This document shows, one piece after another, positions 47,447 through 58,656 of a stretch of 64,000 nucleotides of DNA (its first letter is position 1; each line of letters opens with the position of its first letter). Origin of the DNA: a virus (taxonomy: Duplodnaviria; Caudoviricetes). The position numbers were made by a program, and so were the translations under genes. The stretch lies in IMG/VR virus record IMGVR_UViG_3300021962_000022. One strand, given 5' to 3'. Under the pieces are notes generated by a model. The model worked only from the letters and a program-made list of their open reading frames with translations. It was not told the origin of the DNA and did no database searches.

Positions 47447-50400
47447 TTAATCCATTTTAAAATAAACCACATCCCCATCGTATAATCCTAATTCGGACAT
47501 TAACTTTGGTGACATACCCATACCTATAGTTGTAGACGAAGGCCCAACACTAATAGGTCCCTCAACTACAATCTGTCCAACGTTCTTATCTAATTGATAA
47601 CTCGGGTTCAATGTAAGAGTTTTACTGTTTTTAGGATTCTTAAAAGTTGTTTTAGCAGTTTTAATCACATCAACGGTGATACTTTTTGATAACTGAAAAT
47701 AAACATTGTAAAACTTATAGTCTGTCGATTTAATATCTGACCATTTTATACCGTTAGCAATGTTAAATCCTTGGTCATCGTCTATTGCATATTTTTCACC
47801 ACCCATTTTGTATACAACTGTTCGTAACCATTCCTCGTTACCATTCTTTACCTTTTGTATTAATCGAGTCTCGTTGTATCCATTGTATGGAACGCCGAAT
47901 CTATTTATACCAACGTCTTGAACTATAGTTTCACCTTGTACGTTCTTACCTTGTCTATCTGTTATGTAAGGTATTTTTTGATAAATAACCGTGTCTTGAG
48001 TATCGGTACGATTAGATTCTCTTTGTTTGATTTTAGCAATCGCTTTCGATTGAATCTTATCAAATAAGATTCTGTAACTAGCAACAAACGAATCTTTTGG
48101 GTCAGGTAATGATGTATATGGTATCCTTGTTCCTGAGAAATTTGTTGAAATAACGTTACCTCTAATTTGATGGGAAACCTCTGTAATCCAATAAGAACCT
48201 CTGAACATCGGTATGTTTTTTAAATAGAAAAACATTGTAGGTTGAATCATTACATTACCCATAGCACTAACTCCACATTTATATGAAGCTTGTTTATAGT
48301 AATCAAACAAACTAACGTCAACATTATGAACACCAGCACCTGAAGCTGACCTTGATAGGTCTTCCAATACTTGGAAAGATTCAGAAGTATTTTTAAGTGA
48401 GGTTTGGTCAAGTGTTACACCTTTGAATATTCCTTGGTTTTGGTCACCAAAGCTAACCTCAAAAGCAACAACCCTATTGGACTTTGACAAATCGTTTTGT
48501 GAAAAACTATCTAAAGAAGTAATCAGTAGGGGATTAGGTGTTTGACCTCCAATATAGAAACTGTCATCGTTAAATTTATATGCTTTACTGTTTGACATGT
48601 CAACCCTCTTTGATGTTTGACCAACTAATTGAATAATAACTTTTGGTGTTGCTTCTTGATAATCAACTTCTAAAAAGGTTCCGAATAAAGTAGATGCCAC
48701 TTTTTTAGATGGTGTAATCTTATTTCTATTTGTTAAATTGTTTCCATAAAAATTAATATAAGCTGGAAGAGCCCTCATGTCTAATCCAGTACCTTGAATT
48801 ATCATAGATATTGCACTATACAAAGAAAGTTTGGAATTTCTACTATCGAGTAGTGGAGTAAATTTATCTATGTTAAGATAAAATTTATCACCAATGTCTC
48901 TGTTTGCTTTATCCAAGAATAAAAATTCTTCAAGTAATAATCTTTGACCAATTGAGTTACCGGCAGTCCATTTATCATTAAATGATTTGAATGTGTTGTA
49001 AAGTTCTAATTTAGTTTGTGTTGAGTTATAACCCCTGAACATATCAATACTTGCCGCAGGATTTGCGTTGGTATTACTACTTAGTTTTGAAAATTGTGGT
49101 AATAATGTATTTAAAAATAATGCAAGTCTTGCCTCTGCACCATTTCCAACAATCTTACCATCGTTATTTTTTATTAAAATAGAATTTTGTAAATAGGTTA
49201 TAAACGCGGACTTGGTGTTTGTTCCACCCGCTTTTCTATAACCACCATATATGTGTGCTAAAGGTCTATGTCTTTTTATGTTGTCTTCTGTCAATTTAAT
49301 ATCCATTAAACTAAAGAAATTAACATAGTAACTATCTATATCTTCACCTATATATAGTTTTATTAAATTTAAATTTGTTGATGTTAAATCAACAGCACTA
49401 AATGGTTGTGGACCATATGTTGTGAAACTTCCATATGGCTCTATTTTTGTAAGTCCATATAGTGAATACGCATCAATTTCTTTTGGGTTAGCTAATGTGA
49501 ATTTTATTAAATTACTTGAACTTAAGATATCATTGGTAATTGTTTCAGCGTTCTTTTTTTGTCTCTCTTTTAATGTTGTCTGAATTAACAAATCAATATC
49601 ATTACTATCGTCGTCTTTCTTTTCAACAACGGACAATTTCTTTAATAAATCTTGGAATTTAGGGTAACTAACGTTTCTAAAGATTCTATATGGTATTTCT
49701 TCGTTTATTTTTTCACTGGCAAAATCAAGGAAGAAACTTTCCATGTATTCAAGTATTTGAGGACTAAAAGTACCAATAAGGTCTAACGCCTTTTTGTAGT
49801 TTGAAGATACTGAATATGTGTTTCCTGTTGTTCTAAAATAATCATATGAACTTGGGAATGTTTGTCCACTAAAACTTGTTGACAGGGTATCATCCAAATA
49901 CCAAATTGATTTAAAACTTAATTCTTCAGCCAAATTAAATGAATTACCATCTGAGATAGAATTGGTTTGGTGTCCACCTACTGATGGTAATAATGTATAG
50001 TTTTTATCAGAACTTATGTATTTGGAATTATCCATAACAACATCCCAATAATTCATTCCACTTTTAGTTCTAACTCTATGAAGGATTTTACCTGATTGAC
50101 TTGTTGATGAATATGATGTGTTACCCAAACTTATGTCATAAGTGGAGTAATCATTAACTATTTGACTGTAAACCGCCTGATAGAATGGTTTAATACCAGC
50201 ATGTGTATATCCTGTATAAGTAACTCCCGTAGTTGTACCAGATGTTGTGGATATTCTTGGAATAACATCAAAAGTCACGTATTCATCATAAACCGCAAAA
50301 ATGGTCGCCCCCGTTAATCCTGTTAATGGTGATTGAGAAATCGTGAATCCTGTAGTACTTGTAACGTTTGTTATAAAAGTATTTGGTGCGGTTTGTCCTG

Positions 50401-53400
50401 TTCCCGCAATAACGGTAACTGTCATTCCCGATTGTAATCCAACTGTACTTGGTACATTGATGGTTGTTCCACTACTTGACGCGTTGGTTGCGGTATAAGT
50501 AATTAAAGCACCATTGTTGTCAAACAATGTTTTTCCTGTTAAAGGTCTGGTTATATAACTTGGGTTTATACAACCATCTAATATATCATAACCATCAATT
50601 AAATGTGTTTTATATCTATGATAGATTGACCCCCATTTTAATAATAAATGATATGGTATAAAGTGAGTTGCAGATACTTCTCTAAATAATGATGATGTTA
50701 GAATTGATTTCCCGTCGAAAGTGATTTGGTCGTCTAAATCAATAAATGGTAAAGAATTTAATAACAAGTAAGAAGAACCAACATACTTACCTTTTAATGT
50801 TGATTTATTAAAATCTGAAAATAATTGATTGTGGAAATATGGGGTGTTAAGTATTGATGTGGTGTTCCCTGATACTTTAACAGTATTTGTAAAAAAATCA
50901 GTAGTACTTGATGATGGTTTTACCCAAGATTTTGAATTGATTGGTGAACAAATAAAACCTTGTGAGCTATTAACTTTTAAGATTCCGTTGAATTTAAAGT
51001 TATCTCGACTAAATGATGTTTTACCTAAATAATTTAAATACGTGGTAGAATTGAAGGGGTAGATATCTGTTCTATATGTTTCAGGTTCGTAATCAATTAG
51101 AATCTTATTAAGATTATCTTCTTCTAAATCACCTGTTGGGTTTGTTGACGCTTCATCATATTTGTCAAATTTGAATGGTTCATCAATTACATCACTTATA
51201 TAATTAGTTGTTGGTAAATGGTCTTTGTAATAGTTAAACCTTTCATATGGTGATAATCCGGGTAAATAACCACCGTATGTTGTTGCAATTTTTGGGGTAC
51301 CATCAGTGTTTTTCTGAATAACACCATTCTCTTTTAATTCTGTGGTTGACACAGGTGCAATCAATGCGTTTTTATTTGTAATTTTTTTGGCTAATTCAAT
51401 TATGTCAGTATCTTCTTTTATTGATTCTTGTATGTTTTTAAATTCTTCATTAGCCAATTGTATAATCATTTTGTCATTAAATGAATCAAACAATGTCATA
51501 TAAAGAGCTCTCTCATAAAGTTCATAAACAAAGCCAGCATAACTTTTATCAACAAATGGTATTGATTCGTTTATAACATCAATACCTGAAATATCTTCGA
51601 TTTTTTGATTTTCTGTGTTTGAATCAAAAACGTAATTAACGTCATTCCTTGTTGGTTCATTATTAACATTTGTCTCAACCCTGTTTGTTGCAATTTTAAT
51701 ATACTCTTCAACAAAATCAACTTCAGGCCATAAGGTCTTATCATATGATTTTAATTTATGTACCAATTCTTCATCACCGGGATATGAAACAACATTTTGT
51801 TTACCACCTGTTTGTGGTTTTTTTACTTCAGGCCATGGATATATGTTTTCACCTTTTGACTCTTTTGATAAATTAGTTAAAACTTTTTTTCTGTTATTAG
51901 CAGCATCGAACGCCTTGTTGTGAACATCTTTCATTAATCTGATGTAAACCTCAGCATTGGCCAATAATACCGCAAACATGTTTCTGATTGTCGGTTCAAA
52001 ACCAAAACCATATTCTTTACTTTTGATGACCTCATTCATTTTTGTCTCAACGTCATCCTCAACTTTTTTTCTTTGTTCTTCAAAAGATTTTCTTATTTGG
52101 AATATGTCTTCAAATAATCCATCAATGTATACCGCAACCTTTTTATCATTCAGTATTTTATAATATGATTGGACATCTTTAACATTCCTAATTGAAATTC
52201 TCTTAAAGTCGCCGCCAGTCTCGTTTAATAAATTTTGAGTCAATAGTTTGGATTTATTCATCGCACCGTTAAATCCTTTTAATAAAAGTTCAAGAGCCCC
52301 CGGTCCGTTACCAAGAATATGTTTTGTTTCGGTCTTATCTTTTGCGCTCAAATAAAACCATAAATCACTAACAGTTTCGTCGGTTGTTGCGGTTCGATTA
52401 AAAGATGTGTATTCTTGTGATAGATATTGTTTTCCCCAAGCTTTTATTGAATTTTCAAAATCATTTATTATACTATCAATTTCTTTTATACCTGAAAAAA
52501 CATCCATGCTCACTTTACTGAATACTTGTTGTTCAAGTATTTTATCAAGACTTTCGGCTATATAACCAACTTCTTTTAGTGTACGAACAGGGAAACCTTT
52601 CGGTATTAAACCCTTTTGTTCATATTGTCTATATATTGATTTTAAGATTGTGTATCCTCTTGAAGACTGTTTGAGTGTCTTTTCGTATAAACCTGTTTTT
52701 TCATTAAACTTGGAATTTTTAGATTCTTCAACTAAAAACATGTAAGGACAATTTATAATTGCCGATAATGGAATGTCATTTAACCAAGCAAATGTGGAAC
52801 CAACAAATTTTGTTGTTATTTCAAAATTACCATTAGAATCATTAAATCTTGATTTAAAATCAGTCATGTGCAATCTGTATCTGATTGCTTTACCGTAATA
52901 ACCTTTTACTGTTAGATAAAAAATGGGCCACGGTAAATGAAAAAACGCTCGGTATGGTGAATTTTCTGAAGATTCAAAAAGTGTCTTTCCCCTAACATCA
53001 ACAAAATTGATTGAAACTTGGGGAACAAAGTTCGCACCTTTAACGTCAATTGTTATTGAATCAATACCGAATGATTGACCTGTTGGGTCTTTAAATTGGT
53101 CTTCACCAAACGTTACGTCATAACCATCTTTGTAGGTTGATTCTTGACCCTGTATTGGTTTGGGTACAAACGCATCGGTCCAAGTAGCGTCAAAGTTTCC
53201 ATCGCCACTGGCGTTTCTTAAGAAATTTAAATTTCCTTTTGCAATTTGTGTTAATGTGTTTCCAACGTTATCATCGGCAATAAGAGTTGTCCTCGGAATC
53301 AAATCTGCTTCCAAGTTAACATACATTACTAAGTTTTCCTGTTTATGTCCTCTTGGTTGTACTTCTCCATTTGAATCAACAACACTATTTGGGTCAACAT

Positions 53401-53470
53401 AAATTAAATTGTTTTGGTCAACTTTTACAAGTATGTTCTCATTATTTGGGTAATCATTATTGCTCGCCAT
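47447..53470 (-). CDS. 2007-aa baseplate hub-like protein (gp27/gpD-like ends, large insertions)
   Basis: N-terminal FGIDSITI...PQVSINFVDVRG; C-terminal MGNVMIQPTMFFYLKNIPMFRGSYWITEVSHQI; follows the LysM-like gene. Confidence 0.7.
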   Translation of the reverse strand: MASNNDYPNNENILVKVDQNNLIYVDPNSVVDSNGEVQPRGHKQENLVMYVNLEADLIPRTTLIADDNVGNTLTQIAKGNLNFLRNASGDGNFDATWTDAFVPKPIQGQESTYKDGYDVTFGEDQFKDPTGQSFGIDSITIDVKGANFVPQVSINFVDVRGKTLFESSENSPYRAFFHLPWPIFYLTVKGYYGKAIRYRLHMTDFKSRFNDSNGNFEITTKFVGSTFAWLNDIPLSAIINCPYMFLVEESKNSKFNEKTGLYEKTLKQSSRGYTILKSIYRQYEQKGLIPKGFPVRTLKEVGYIAESLDKILEQQVFSKVSMDVFSGIKEIDSIINDFENSIKAWGKQYLSQEYTSFNRTATTDETVSDLWFYLSAKDKTETKHILGNGPGALELLLKGFNGAMNKSKLLTQNLLNETGGDFKRISIRNVKDVQSYYKILNDKKVAVYIDGLFEDIFQIRKSFEEQRKKVEDDVETKMNEVIKSKEYGFGFEPTIRNMFAVLLANAEVYIRLMKDVHNKAFDAANNRKKVLTNLSKESKGENIYPWPEVKKPQTGGKQNVVSYPGDEELVHKLKSYDKTLWPEVDFVEEYIKIATNRVETNVNNEPTRNDVNYVFDSNTENQKIEDISGIDVINESIPFVDKSYAGFVYELYERALYMTLFDSFNDKMIIQLANEEFKNIQESIKEDTDIIELAKKITNKNALIAPVSTTELKENGVIQKNTDGTPKIATTYGGYLPGLSPYERFNYYKDHLPTTNYISDVIDEPFKFDKYDEASTNPTGDLEEDNLNKILIDYEPETYRTDIYPFNSTTYLNYLGKTSFSRDNFKFNGILKVNSSQGFICSPINSKSWVKPSSSTTDFFTNTVKVSGNTTSILNTPYFHNQLFSDFNKSTLKGKYVGSSYLLLNSLPFIDLDDQITFDGKSILTSSLFREVSATHFIPYHLLLKWGSIYHRYKTHLIDGYDILDGCINPSYITRPLTGKTLFDNNGALITYTATNASSSGTTINVPSTVGLQSGMTVTVIAGTGQTAPNTFITNVTSTTGFTISQSPLTGLTGATIFAVYDEYVTFDVIPRISTTSGTTTGVTYTGYTHAGIKPFYQAVYSQIVNDYSTYDISLGNTSYSSTSQSGKILHRVRTKSGMNYWDVVMDNSKYISSDKNYTLLPSVGGHQTNSISDGNSFNLAEELSFKSIWYLDDTLSTSFSGQTFPSSYDYFRTTGNTYSVSSNYKKALDLIGTFSPQILEYMESFFLDFASEKINEEIPYRIFRNVSYPKFQDLLKKLSVVEKKDDDSNDIDLLIQTTLKERQKKNAETITNDILSSSNLIKFTLANPKEIDAYSLYGLTKIEPYGSFTTYGPQPFSAVDLTSTNLNLIKLYIGEDIDSYYVNFFSLMDIKLTEDNIKRHRPLAHIYGGYRKAGGTNTKSAFITYLQNSILIKNNDGKIVGNGAEARLALFLNTLLPQFSKLSSNTNANPAASIDMFRGYNSTQTKLELYNTFKSFNDKWTAGNSIGQRLLLEEFLFLDKANRDIGDKFYLNIDKFTPLLDSRNSKLSLYSAISMIIQGTGLDMRALPAYINFYGNNLTNRNKITPSKKVASTLFGTFLEVDYQEATPKVIIQLVGQTSKRVDMSNSKAYKFNDDSFYIGGQTPNPLLITSLDSFSQNDLSKSNRVVAFEVSFGDQNQGIFKGVTLDQTSLKNTSESFQVLEDLSRSASGAGVHNVDVSLFDYYKQASYKCGVSAMGNVMIQPTMFFYLKNIPMFRGSYWITEVSHQIRGNVISTNFSGTRIPYTSLPDPKDSFVASYRILFDKIQSKAIAKIKQRESNRTDTQDTVIYQKIPYITDRQGKNVQGETIVQDVGINRFGVPYNGYNETRLIQKVKNGNEEWLRTVVYKMGGEKYAIDDDQGFNIANGIKWSDIKSTDYKFYNVYFQLSKSITVDVIKTAKTTFKNPKNSKTLTLNPSYQLDKNVGQIVVEGPISVGPSSTTIGMGMSPKLMSELGLYDGDVVYFKMD

Positions 53471-53783
53471 AATATAGGTTATACAATTCTACACTTCTTT
53501 TATAATCTTGTAAAGACGTTACTAATGGAAATGGAATCCTAATAACAAAATTATCGGGTATTTCAAATTCAACACTTCCCGCTGTTGGGTTGGCTTGTAA
53601 TATTAACCAACCAAAAACTGGTGAACCATAATAATCTTGAGATAGTTTATCTAATCTATCTTTACCTCTTTTATAGAACATATATCTATCAGATGGTTTT
53701 ATTGGTATCTCAATTCCGGGTACAATTCTAAATTTACCATCTTCCACAAAAAACTGATATCTATCAAAATATTGTCTACTCAT
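53457..53783 (-). CDS. LysM-like baseplate protein (P2 gpX / T4 gp53-like), 108 aa
   Basis: DRLDKLSQDYYGSPVFGWLILQANP...IRIP. Confidence 0.85.
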   Translation of the reverse strand: MSRQYFDRYQFFVEDGKFRIVPGIEIPIKPSDRYMFYKRGKDRLDKLSQDYYGSPVFGWLILQANPTAGSVEFEIPDNFVIRIPFPLVTSLQDYKRSVELYNLYYGEQ

Positions 53784-53786
53784 TTG

Positions 53787-56700
53787 TTATTCTGCTCTAT
53801 AAAAATTTAATTTATCATCAACACTATTTGATGTTGAAAATGTTTGATTTGCTTCACTAATTATGGTTGAGTTTGTTTCATCCACTGTGGATGCAATACC
53901 AAATTTTATGTCTTTACCACTTTTTCTACTTTTGAATTTTGATAATTTAAAATTCTTTTCTTTTGGTTTTTCAACAAATTTTTCTAATCTCTTTTTTAAT
54001 TGGTTCTTTAATCCGTTTGAATATAACGTAGTATCTTTAAATTCAGACATTAAACTATCTACACTATCTGATAATAATTCTTTCATTAAAAAGTCAAAAT
54101 CTGCAGATTGTATAGTTGGATTTAAGAAGGTAATGTTTGTTGATAAACCCTCAAATAATTTTGATGTGTTTGTATCAATATAACTAATACATGTCTCATA
54201 CTCATTATATAATAAATCAGACGTAAAACCACTCATAGTTACGGATTTAACAACACCATCTGAAACTGTTGAGTCCTTACCATTTTTAATTACGAAGTTT
54301 ACTTTATCTAAAGATGTAATTAATTGATTTCTTGACTTTTCTAAATCTGATAAAAGAGCGGTAGAATCTGTTAATTCATTTATTTTGTTTTCTATAATTT
54401 TTTCAGTAATGAATTTTTTTAATATTTTTTCATTTGTGTCCGTAAGAAGTGAACCTGTCATTTCTTTATTAAATGACAACATATCTACTAAGTACGTTGA
54501 AGAAGAGTTATTTACGAATGTCGCTAAAGCTGTTTTTAGACCGGCAGTATAGACGTTTAATTCTTGTGTCTTTTTGTGTAGTCCAAACAGTGTCAATGTT
54601 TTACCTGGTGTGGGTGATGTCGATGTATACACATCGTACTTGTTTATAGGTCTGTAATCACCTTTTAATAACATGGTGGTTATGTCTTTACCATATTTGG
54701 TGTAAACTTTATTGTATGTGGTTGTAAATTTGGTAAAATAATCCTCGGTTGATTTAAAAACAGAATCAATTAATTTTGTATAATTCATTGTGTTTCCGTT
54801 TTCTAACTCACCCATGTAAACCCCATTCTTAACATTATTGGTATTCTGAGTTTGTGAATTTTTATTTATCGAATTATTGTAGGTTTTATTCAAGTCTTCT
54901 AAAAATTCTCTCGTAAATTCTTCGGCCTTTTTACCACCAATAGTTTCGTTTGTTGCAATAGACCTTTCATCGTACATTTCAGTGTTAGCAAAGAAATTAG
55001 ATGAAAGTGCATTTTGCAGTCTTTCTACTGGTTTTGACAAACCTTGACCACCAATAAAGTTTATTGATAACGATACAGATGCAATCATAGGTTGTACACC
55101 AATTCCTTCAGGATTTAAATCCCATAATATTTGACCACCATCATCGAAAGAAATGTTAACATCTCTTATGACAATTTTTGAGTGATAAAAGTCCCCAACT
55201 CTCAATACACAAACAGGAGGTGGTCCAAATGATGTGTTTCGAGCTCTAACGTCTGAATCTTCAGATATTCCTTTTATTGGAATAGTGTCACCCGGTCTAA
55301 TACATTGTTGTAAGAAAGTTAATCGAGCATTCAATCCTTCAGGTGTTGTCGAGTGGAAACCAGGGTGAAAATATTTTAATTTTTCTTTTAAAGACGAGAA
55401 AACTATTGGGTCGGTTTCTTCCAACTTTTTAAAGTAAAAACATTCTGATAATGTTTTTGCAATAATTCTTTTTAAAGGGTCAATAGCCGGTCTACGTGTT
55501 GGTGGGTTAACAACAACTTCACCGTTTTCTTCAATTTTTGTAACAGGTTGAGGAGGTGGTGGTGTAGTTGGTTTTGGTTTTTCCGATTTTTTATTGTACT
55601 TCAAAGAAAACGCGGTTTGTCTACAATAAAAAGCAATTGGTGAGTACACTTTTAAATCAGGTATTTTAACAAAATCTTTATTTAAACAATCAACATCAGG
55701 ATTTGTTCCTGTTAATGATTCACCATAGTTTACTGATTCAATTACTATTTTAGTGTCATGTTCAAAACCAAAATCTTTGGTACTATATTCTTTAACAACT
55801 ACGATAGGTTGTCCCCTTTGTATAACTTCCTTATCATTTTCGGAATTATTTTTATTTACTAAATTTAAACTAGTTGGCCATTTAATTTGCCATTCTTTTT
55901 TTCCACCACTAGCGGTCAATCTATCAAAAATATCTTGGATAACTGAGTGACTTCTTCTTAACGCCAATCTTTCATTGTAATCAGTTGTGGCAACTGAGGA
56001 ACAAGAAGATAGAATCTGAAATTTAATAGTGTCAGCGGTTTTACCCGAAATATCTGTAATTAAATTATTTAGTGTAGTTTCATATGTGTTGAATGAAGTC
56101 TGAGCGTCGTCAAAATATTGACCAATTTTCGTAACTTGGAAGTTAATATCATCTTGAGTTACGGCTTTGTTTTCATCACCAAAAATAAATGATTTTTCTT
56201 TCTTTACTTGTGGGTCCGTTTGTGTTAAACCTGTTAAAGTATTTAAAGCAGAACCCAATTTTGTAATATAATCTTGTTTTCTAACTTTATATGTGTTGTA
56301 AAGTTCTGTGTAGTTTTTGGTCGTATCAAGGTCTAAACTTGGCCCCGGTCTATTGTTTTCGTATTTTAATTTAATTACAACCTCATCAACAGGTTTTGAA
56401 TCGGCGTCATTACCTTGAGGTGTTGTATTTGTTGGTGTTGATTCTACAGGATACTCTGTGGTAACTTTATATTGTTTTATAATCTCAGGATTTTGTCCTT
56501 TATTTAAAAACGATTGAATCAACTTAATGTCGTTTGTATCTAATTGTGCATATCTTCTAATTAATGAATAGAAATCTAATTCTTCACATCCCGCAAAAAA
56601 TGCATTAATGTAGTTTTCAGATTCTTCATCTGACATTCCTTTGAAGTATTCTCTAACTAATAGGTTTAAAATACTTGGGTGGTCGACAACCACTTTAAAT

Positions 56701-58628
56701 GAAAGTTGTCCACTTCTTGATGTATCCTGATATGTGTATATCGGTTCGGGTCTACCTAAGAAAGTATTGTCTTGCCATCTGGCTTGGTTGTTTTCACTAA
56801 CTTTTAAATCATATGGTGGGAACCACATAACTCTACCACCATTAGGGCCTCTTTCACAGAATGGTAAATCATTGTATGTAAAACCAGGTGTGTTTGATGT
56901 TCTCCAAGCTAAGTTTTCAATTGAGAACATATATTTTTTAGCGTAAAATCCGTCACCCGTTGGTGATTCAAATATGTTTGTTGAGTTTTTAGCACCGAAT
57001 GAATTTTTGAAACTATTTTTTGCATCATAGTTTCCACTTGACATCGGAGCAATATTGATGTTCCAAGGTCTACTGTCACCACCTAATATACTATCATCAA
57101 ATTTTCTGATGTTAGCAGTTCTTTTCATGGTGTCAGAATAATTCATATATGACCTATCTTTTGTCCAAACACGACAATATTCAGCACCCGTTTCTTGTTT
57201 GTATTTATCGACAAATTTAATCGCTGAACCTCTTGATAACATTGATTCACCCTCTTTGAAAATTCTACTTGTTTGGTCAATAACGTTACCCACGTGAGTT
57301 CTGGTTGCTTGACCATCCTTAGGCATTGAATCCAATATTTCTTGGGTCTTACCTAAAATTGAATCTTCTCTAAATCCATATTTTGTTGAAATTGAACTAT
57401 TATACGCATCACTTTCTCTTGATTGAAACTCTTGGTTCCATAATCCAATTTTGTTTTGTGAATTTTTACTAATCCAAGTTAACTTTCCACTTATTGGTCC
57501 ACCTTGAGATATATTTCTTTGTCTTTCAAATAAAGTGGCTTGTGCGGGGTCAAACATTAGACTCAAGAAATAACTACTCTTAACCATGTTGTCGTTAAAG
57601 TCAGACATGGTATATTTTACGTCTTCACTTCTATCGTCTCCAATATATGCAACACCTTTTGGTGCTTCTAAACCTAAAACGTTTTTGATTCCACCCGCAA
57701 CACTATTTACAAAGTTGAAGATTTTGGATGACTGTTGAGACCTTGCAACTGTTGTATAGTTTGGTGCATATGTTGAATAGGTTAATTGGTCAAATAAAAT
57801 TTGTTTTTGACCTTCACCCATATATTCAATCATTAAATCAGAAGGTTTTCTTCCTAATTTTGGTCTTCTTTGTATTCCGACTAAACTACCTAAAACACCT
57901 GTAACATCTTGTAATATTGCACCGGCTTCAGTTTTAGGTGATGGTCTATTAATAATTGGGTTTTTAGGGTCACTTAAATAATCACCCGGTATCTCACTAA
58001 AAGGTGATTCAATACCCGCAACTGTTTGAATAAAATCAACACCCTTTCCTAATAAACTTTTAGCGACGGTAATTTTGTAATTTTTTTCAACTAAAGGTTC
58101 TCTACCTGTTACAATATTGATTGCGGTGGCAAGATTACCACCTAAAGCATCAAGAGCTCTAACTCTACCTAATGTAGCGGATTCAAGATTTTGTTGTAAT
58201 CTAGCAAATACCGGTCCTTGTTTATTCTCTCTAATATTAGTTGTTGCGAATTTCATTAACCTCGAATCATTATCGAAGTTTTGGCCTCCCATAATACTAA
58301 CTAAATTAGTTGTCTGTGGTTCAAATGAATTAAAATATCCGTCATATAAAATACCACCATTTAACAACGCTAAATTTGGTAGTGACGTATCAGTGTATTC
58401 TTCAATCGTACTGTTTGGTGGTAAATATAAATTGATAAAATTTTGACCAAAGTAAACCGCCCAGTTTGTTTTAACATCACCCGGGTCAACGTTTGCAAAA
58501 TTATTTAGGTTTTGAACAGCATAATTTGCATCAGTGAACGTCTGTGGTCCATTGGGTCTATTTAGAGTTTTTGATATTAAAAAATCTCTAAAAGTTTTCG
58601 TACTGTTAAAATCTAAATATGTTGGCAT
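53787..58628 (-). CDS. 1613-aa tail tube initiator/baseplate protein (gp48/gp54-like fold) with inserted OmpA-like domain
   Basis: WFPPYDLKVSENNQARW...GRPEPIYTY...SFKVVVD and PPVCVLRVGDFYHSKIVIRDVNISF; lies between the tape-measure and LysM genes. Confidence 0.72.
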   Translation of the reverse strand: MPTYLDFNSTKTFRDFLISKTLNRPNGPQTFTDANYAVQNLNNFANVDPGDVKTNWAVYFGQNFINLYLPPNSTIEEYTDTSLPNLALLNGGILYDGYFNSFEPQTTNLVSIMGGQNFDNDSRLMKFATTNIRENKQGPVFARLQQNLESATLGRVRALDALGGNLATAINIVTGREPLVEKNYKITVAKSLLGKGVDFIQTVAGIESPFSEIPGDYLSDPKNPIINRPSPKTEAGAILQDVTGVLGSLVGIQRRPKLGRKPSDLMIEYMGEGQKQILFDQLTYSTYAPNYTTVARSQQSSKIFNFVNSVAGGIKNVLGLEAPKGVAYIGDDRSEDVKYTMSDFNDNMVKSSYFLSLMFDPAQATLFERQRNISQGGPISGKLTWISKNSQNKIGLWNQEFQSRESDAYNSSISTKYGFREDSILGKTQEILDSMPKDGQATRTHVGNVIDQTSRIFKEGESMLSRGSAIKFVDKYKQETGAEYCRVWTKDRSYMNYSDTMKRTANIRKFDDSILGGDSRPWNINIAPMSSGNYDAKNSFKNSFGAKNSTNIFESPTGDGFYAKKYMFSIENLAWRTSNTPGFTYNDLPFCERGPNGGRVMWFPPYDLKVSENNQARWQDNTFLGRPEPIYTYQDTSRSGQLSFKVVVDHPSILNLLVREYFKGMSDEESENYINAFFAGCEELDFYSLIRRYAQLDTNDIKLIQSFLNKGQNPEIIKQYKVTTEYPVESTPTNTTPQGNDADSKPVDEVVIKLKYENNRPGPSLDLDTTKNYTELYNTYKVRKQDYITKLGSALNTLTGLTQTDPQVKKEKSFIFGDENKAVTQDDINFQVTKIGQYFDDAQTSFNTYETTLNNLITDISGKTADTIKFQILSSCSSVATTDYNERLALRRSHSVIQDIFDRLTASGGKKEWQIKWPTSLNLVNKNNSENDKEVIQRGQPIVVVKEYSTKDFGFEHDTKIVIESVNYGESLTGTNPDVDCLNKDFVKIPDLKVYSPIAFYCRQTAFSLKYNKKSEKPKPTTPPPPQPVTKIEENGEVVVNPPTRRPAIDPLKRIIAKTLSECFYFKKLEETDPIVFSSLKEKLKYFHPGFHSTTPEGLNARLTFLQQCIRPGDTIPIKGISEDSDVRARNTSFGPPPVCVLRVGDFYHSKIVIRDVNISFDDGGQILWDLNPEGIGVQPMIASVSLSINFIGGQGLSKPVERLQNALSSNFFANTEMYDERSIATNETIGGKKAEEFTREFLEDLNKTYNNSINKNSQTQNTNNVKNGVYMGELENGNTMNYTKLIDSVFKSTEDYFTKFTTTYNKVYTKYGKDITTMLLKGDYRPINKYDVYTSTSPTPGKTLTLFGLHKKTQELNVYTAGLKTALATFVNNSSSTYLVDMLSFNKEMTGSLLTDTNEKILKKFITEKIIENKINELTDSTALLSDLEKSRNQLITSLDKVNFVIKNGKDSTVSDGVVKSVTMSGFTSDLLYNEYETCISYIDTNTSKLFEGLSTNITFLNPTIQSADFDFLMKELLSDSVDSLMSEFKDTTLYSNGLKNQLKKRLEKFVEKPKEKNFKLSKFKSRKSGKDIKFGIASTVDETNSTIISEANQTFSTSNSVDDKLNFYRAE

Positions 58629-58634
58629 TTATAT

Positions 58635-58642
58635 TATAAATA
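58635..58642 (-). promoter_or_regulatory. Putative late promoter motif TATTTATA
   Basis: Exact motif 6 nt upstream of the ATG at 58628. Confidence 0.6.
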
Positions 58643-58656
58643 GAAACTTTTTATTT

